NCBI GenBank assembly: GCA_040377305.1
Contig: JBEIPA010000014.1
Location: 32,001 to 96,000, forward strand
Length of the DNA stretch: 64,000 nt
Direction of reading: 5' to 3'
From: Flavobacteriales bacterium
GTDB taxonomy: Bacteria; Bacteroidota; Bacteroidia; Palsa-965
Below are positions 60,835-64,000 of this stretch, piece after piece; the stretch's first letter is position 1; each line of letters begins with the position of its first letter. The position numbers were made by a program, and so were the translations under genes. The notes under the pieces are model-generated. The model was given only the letters and a program-made list of their open reading frames with translations. It was not told the origin of the DNA and ran no database searches.

Positions 60835-60891
60835 TTGTCCTCCTTCGGCAAAGCCTGTGCTGAGCGAAGTCGAAGTGCTCAGTCTGACAAG
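60835..60891. repeat. Bacteroidota REP-like element (CTGAGCGAAGTCGAAG); complementary half CTTCGACTACGCTCAG near 60981-61010
   Basis: The two halves are complementary and bracket tRNA-Gln. Confidence 0.55.
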
Positions 60892-60894
60892 TCG

Positions 60895-60965
60895 TTGTCG
60901 GAAATGGATTTGAACCACTATAGCCAGATTCAAACTCTGGTGTCCTACCATTAGACGATCCGACA
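60895..60965 (-). tRNA. tRNA-Gln(TTG), no CCA
   Basis: TGTCGGA/TCCGACA acceptor (U1:A72), CCAGA-GTTTGAA-TCTGG anticodon arm. Confidence 0.86.
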
Positions 60966-61011
60966 TTCAGTGTGTTTTCTTGTCATTCTTCGACTACGCT
61001 CAGTATGACAA

Positions 61012-61043
61012 TAAAAAAACCCGGTCGTGTGCGGACCGGGTCT
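61012..61043 (-). terminator. attenuator terminator 2
   Basis: AGACCCGGTC-CGCACAC-GACCGGG-TTTTTTT; the 5' arm can alternatively pair with GTGGACCG (61081-61088). Confidence 0.8.
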
Positions 61044-61064
61044 AACAAATCAGTTCAACTGATT

Positions 61065-61154
61065 TCAGTTATGACAACATCGGTCCACGAATTTTCCTTT
61101 CTGAAAATCTCGTTCGCTAAAATTGGGCAAGGCTATATAACTATGTTTCTTCAT
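61065..61154 (-). CDS. putative leader peptide 2 MKKHSYIALPNFSERDFQKGKFVDRCCHN
   Basis: 29-codon uORF containing the antiterminator and ending about 20 nt before terminator 2. Confidence 0.7.
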   Translation of the reverse strand: MKKHSYIALPNFSERDFQKGKFVDRCCHN

Positions 61155-61254
61155 GGTGTTTCTTTCTCTTCAACTTTTTTATTGTCAGGCCGAGTAGTCA
61201 TTGCAGTCTGCGGAGCAACTTGTGCTTGAAGATCGACGTACCGAGGTCGGGCAA

Positions 61255-61284
61255 TAAAAAAGCCCCGAATCTCTCCGGGGCTTT
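61255..61284 (-). terminator. attenuator terminator 1
   Basis: AAAGCCCCGGA-GAGA-TTCGGGGC-TTTTTT; the 5' arm can alternatively pair with CGGGGT (61312-61317). Confidence 0.8.
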
Positions 61285-61307
61285 ACTTCAGTTATATCCT
61301 AAAGCAA

Positions 61308-61385
61308 TTACACCCCGTGCAACAGACGATCTCCTTCGAGATTTATCTGTTTGCGTGTTTGCGGATATGTAAAATGCTTTTTCAT
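61308..61385 (-). CDS. putative leader peptide 1 MKKHFTYPQTRKQINLEGDRLLHGV
   Basis: 25-codon uORF with an A-rich upstream region; its last codons form the antiterminator. Confidence 0.7.
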   Translation of the reverse strand: MKKHFTYPQTRKQINLEGDRLLHGV

Positions 61386-61404
61386 TTTTCTTCTTATTCT
61401 GCGA

Positions 61405-61412
61405 CAAATATA
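61405..61412 (-). promoter_or_regulatory. Bacteroidota housekeeping-sigma -7 box TATATTTG for the leader/tRNA transcript
   Basis: Perfect TAnnTTTG about 20 nt upstream of the leader 1 ATG. Confidence 0.65.
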
Positions 61413-61489
61413 TTGTAAAGAAATAATGCGATCCAAATTATTCTGCAATTATTTTTCATGATTTGCAGTATTTACTTCACTTTGTCCAA

Positions 61490-61510
61490 CTGCGCAAATA
61501 CATTGCGCAG
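61490..61510. promoter_or_regulatory. palindromic operator CTGCGCAA-N5-TTGCGCAG upstream of the WYL gene
   Basis: Perfect 8-bp arms; lies 7 nt from a -7-like TATCTTAG (61518-61525). Confidence 0.72.
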
Positions 61511-61545
61511 ATAATTCTATCTTAGATGAGCCAATCACGCACATC

Positions 61546-62574
61546 ATGCCGATAAACAAACTCGCACTCATCCGCTACAAGACAATTGATAACTGTCTGC
61601 AGAACCGTTTCCGCAAATGGACACTTGACGATCTAGTGGATGCATGCTCGCGTACACTGGAAGAGTTCGAAGGAATTACACAAGGAGTAAGCAAGCGTAC
61701 TGTTCAGCTCGATATTCAGACGATGCGCAGTGAAAAGCTAGGATACAATGCTCCTATTGTGGTCAGCGACAAGAAGTATTATTCGTACGAAGACAAGAAT
61801 TACAGCATCACGAATATTCCGTTGACGAGTCAGGATTTAGGAACGCTCACGGAAGTTGTAGATATTCTACGCCAGTTTAAAGGGTTCGGTTACTTCGAAG
61901 AGCTCAGCACAATGGTGAACAAGCTCGAGGACAAAGTGCAGTCTCAGAAGAACAAAGGTCGCTCGTATATACACTTTGAGAAAAATGATTTGCTAAAAGG
62001 TCTCGAGTACATCGAATCATTGCACAAGGCGATCATTCGTCAGAAAACGATTGACGTATTATATCAGTCGTTCAAAGCACGTGAAGCGACAAGCATCATT
62101 TTTCATCCTTATCTGCTCAAGGAATACCGCAACCGCTGGTTTGTGATCGGCTCAACGCAAAAGAAAACAATTCTTACTCTGGCACTGGATAGAATTTTTT
62201 CTGTGAAAGAAGTCGGTGGAGAGAAATACATCAAGAATACCTTCTTTGATGTTGACTCGTACTTTGATGATACGATTGGCGTTACGAAGAATCTCGGGAT
62301 TCGACCACAATTGGTCGTGATGAAAATTGATCGTACGAATGCGCCATACGTAATCACAAAACCGATTCACCACACGCAGAAGATTCTGAAGACAGAACCC
62401 GACGGAATGATTTTCAGTATTAACGTGACGTGGAATTTTGAGTTGGAAAGAGAAATCCTTGGGTTTGGTGAACAGATAAAGGTGTTATCGCCAAAGAGAT
62501 TGCAGAATAAGATTAGCTGGAGGGTGAAGAGGATGGTGGAGAGGTATGAGGAACTTCAACCAAATGAACGATGA
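61546..62574 (+). CDS. HTH-WYL-WCX transcriptional regulator
   Basis: SKRTVQLDIQ HTH, HPYLLKEYRNRWFV...LALDRI WYL core, ILGFGEQIKVLSP C-terminus. Confidence 0.93.
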   Translation: MPINKLALIRYKTIDNCLQNRFRKWTLDDLVDACSRTLEEFEGITQGVSKRTVQLDIQTMRSEKLGYNAPIVVSDKKYYSYEDKNYSITNIPLTSQDLGTLTEVVDILRQFKGFGYFEELSTMVNKLEDKVQSQKNKGRSYIHFEKNDLLKGLEYIESLHKAIIRQKTIDVLYQSFKAREATSIIFHPYLLKEYRNRWFVIGSTQKKTILTLALDRIFSVKEVGGEKYIKNTFFDVDSYFDDTIGVTKNLGIRPQLVVMKIDRTNAPYVITKPIHHTQKILKTEPDGMIFSINVTWNFELEREILGFGEQIKVLSPKRLQNKISWRVKRMVERYEELQPNER

Positions 62575-63659
62575 GCGGCAAAGTAAATTCATTTCACGAA
62601 GCAGTTCGAACGAGACCTGGCATGTATATTGGCAGATTGGGTCCCGCTGGTTTCGGTTATCTTGTCAGCGAACTGATTAGAGATTTTGCTGCTGACCTGC
62701 AAGCAAAAGAAGCGCATGTGAGGATCGACATAAAAGGGAAGGTCACAATTAAATTTCCCGAAATAAATTGCACTCAGGCTGACCTTTATACTTTAATAAA
62801 AAATGGTCGGATGAGTCGCAGTTCTTCATTTTGGAGGACATCACTTGCCATTATCCCGCCGTTATCAAAAGCGACCACGCTCAAAATCGGAAGCACTAAG
62901 TATACTGTCAGCCGCAACGCTAAACTTAATCCTCACTTCGAGTCCGATACCGCTAAAGCTATTTCACGATTTGAAATAACCTTTCAACCGGATGCAGGTA
63001 TTCTCAAAGCCAAAGCGCCTGAAATACTTACTTTATGTGCTCGCTTGCATGAGCTCACGGTGGTTTGTCCCGGATTAAAAATCACTTACCGTGATGACAA
63101 TACAAAACCATTTACGCAAATGGTCTGGCATACTCCTGAAGGAATACGCACACTATTGGCGCCGGCACGAAATATGTTTTATGAAAAGAAATTAGAAGGA
63201 GGTTTTTCCTTTAACGAAAAAGGACTACGCGGTGAGGTGTACTGGTTATGTGCAAACGGGGGATGTGATCCTATCTATTCATTTGCTAACGGTGAACGTA
63301 CTGTGAAAGGCGGATCGCATGTGAAAGGATGCGTACAAGGTATACTGGACGCGTTGAAGGATTTAGTCAAAGGAAATGGCGAGAAATATGACTTCAGTGT
63401 GTCTCGTGCAATCCGACATCAATGTCTCGTAGTTTCCGTTTGGGGAAACGGCCTAAGCTATGCGGGCAGTACAAAAGAATGTCTGGAACATAAACCTACA
63501 AACCAAATTCTCCGCAAACTTGTTGGTGCGCACATGGAGCAGCTGTGTGCGTCGAATCCAAAGGATGCTATACAACTTACGTATCGGTTGCAGAAATGGA
63601 ATCTTGCGGAGATGTATCCTGAATTGTATTCCGGAAAATCAAGGAAAAAGAAGAAGTAA
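62571..63659 (+). CDS. degenerate GyrB/ParE N-terminal-like protein (GHKL-like plus transducer, no TOPRIM)
   Basis: AVRTRPGMYIG, ITFQPD, RLHEL...PGLKI, SFANG..T..GGSH..G and YAGSTKE motifs; lacks DNGRG and GLHGVG. Confidence 0.78.
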   Translation: MSGKVNSFHEAVRTRPGMYIGRLGPAGFGYLVSELIRDFAADLQAKEAHVRIDIKGKVTIKFPEINCTQADLYTLIKNGRMSRSSSFWRTSLAIIPPLSKATTLKIGSTKYTVSRNAKLNPHFESDTAKAISRFEITFQPDAGILKAKAPEILTLCARLHELTVVCPGLKITYRDDNTKPFTQMVWHTPEGIRTLLAPARNMFYEKKLEGGFSFNEKGLRGEVYWLCANGGCDPIYSFANGERTVKGGSHVKGCVQGILDALKDLVKGNGEKYDFSVSRAIRHQCLVVSVWGNGLSYAGSTKECLEHKPTNQILRKLVGAHMEQLCASNPKDAIQLTYRLQKWNLAEMYPELYSGKSRKKKK

Positions 63660-63660
63660 G

Positions 63661-64000
63661 ATGAAAATCATAGCCATTTCAGATACACACGGTCAGCATG
63701 GGAAGGTTGTGCTACCGGAAGGTGATGCGATTATTCACGCTGGTGATGTTTCCGTACGTGGAACTGAATCGCAGATCGTCGATTTCATCAACTGGTTTTC
63801 GGGACTGAACTATCGGTACAAGATTTTCATTGCGGGCAATCATGACTTCTTCTTCGAAAGAGAGTCACAGGAGAAAATCAAATCTCTGATTCCCGAGAAC
63901 GTTATATACCTGAACGATTCCGGTATTGAACTAGAAGGAATCAAAATCTGGGGCTCGCCGATTCAACCCTGGTTTCAGGACTGGGCGTTTAATCGGCAGA
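63661..64000 (+). CDS. calcineurin-like metallophosphoesterase (partial, runs off the window)
   Basis: Manual translation MKIIAISDTHGQH...IHAGDVS...IAGNHD...IWGSP; absent from the ORF track. Confidence 0.88.
   Translation, partial: MKIIAISDTHGQHGKVVLPEGDAIIHAGDVSVRGTESQIVDFINWFSGLNYRYKIFIAGNHDFFFERESQEKIKSLIPENVIYLNDSGIELEGIKIWGSPIQPWFQDWAFNRQ

Noticed and set aside
54482-62574. Prophage or integrative element explaining the tRNA arrays
   Set aside because: No integrase, phage structural genes or att-like direct repeats are visible in the window; the right flank is not fully visible
62571-63659. Functional gyrB/parE
   Set aside because: Too short, ATP-binding motifs missing, no TOPRIM domain

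Overview
Bacteroidota chromosome segment, judged from T9SS C-terminal domains, gldH and TAnnTTTG promoter boxes. From 1 to 54 kb it holds mostly housekeeping and envelope genes (lipB, PGI/PMI, scoAB, PBP1A, holB, pgk, pheS, pyk, a GT-C/GT2 cluster), separated by many short inverted tandem-repeat elements. The standout region is 54.4-64 kb, a minus-strand RNA-damage response locus. It encodes RtcB, a putative HEPN protein, a DEDDh 3'-5' exonuclease and Ro60/TROVE, together with 10 atypical CCA-less tRNAs in two arrays, one of them a rare Ile(UAU). It also encodes six Y-RNA-like ncRNAs that share a covarying scaffold but carry different inserts. One is a YrlA-type permuted tRNA mimic. Another carries what looks like a circularly permuted copy of 23S rRNA helix 69 and adjacent sequence. 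The transcript starts with two tandem MKKH- leader-peptide attenuators, and each uORF contains codons for all ten amino acids served by the downstream tRNAs. A divergent WYL regulator operon (WYL, degenerate GyrB-like protein, metallophosphoesterase) shares a palindromic operator with the TROVE promoter. All calls were made by eye and no database searches were run.
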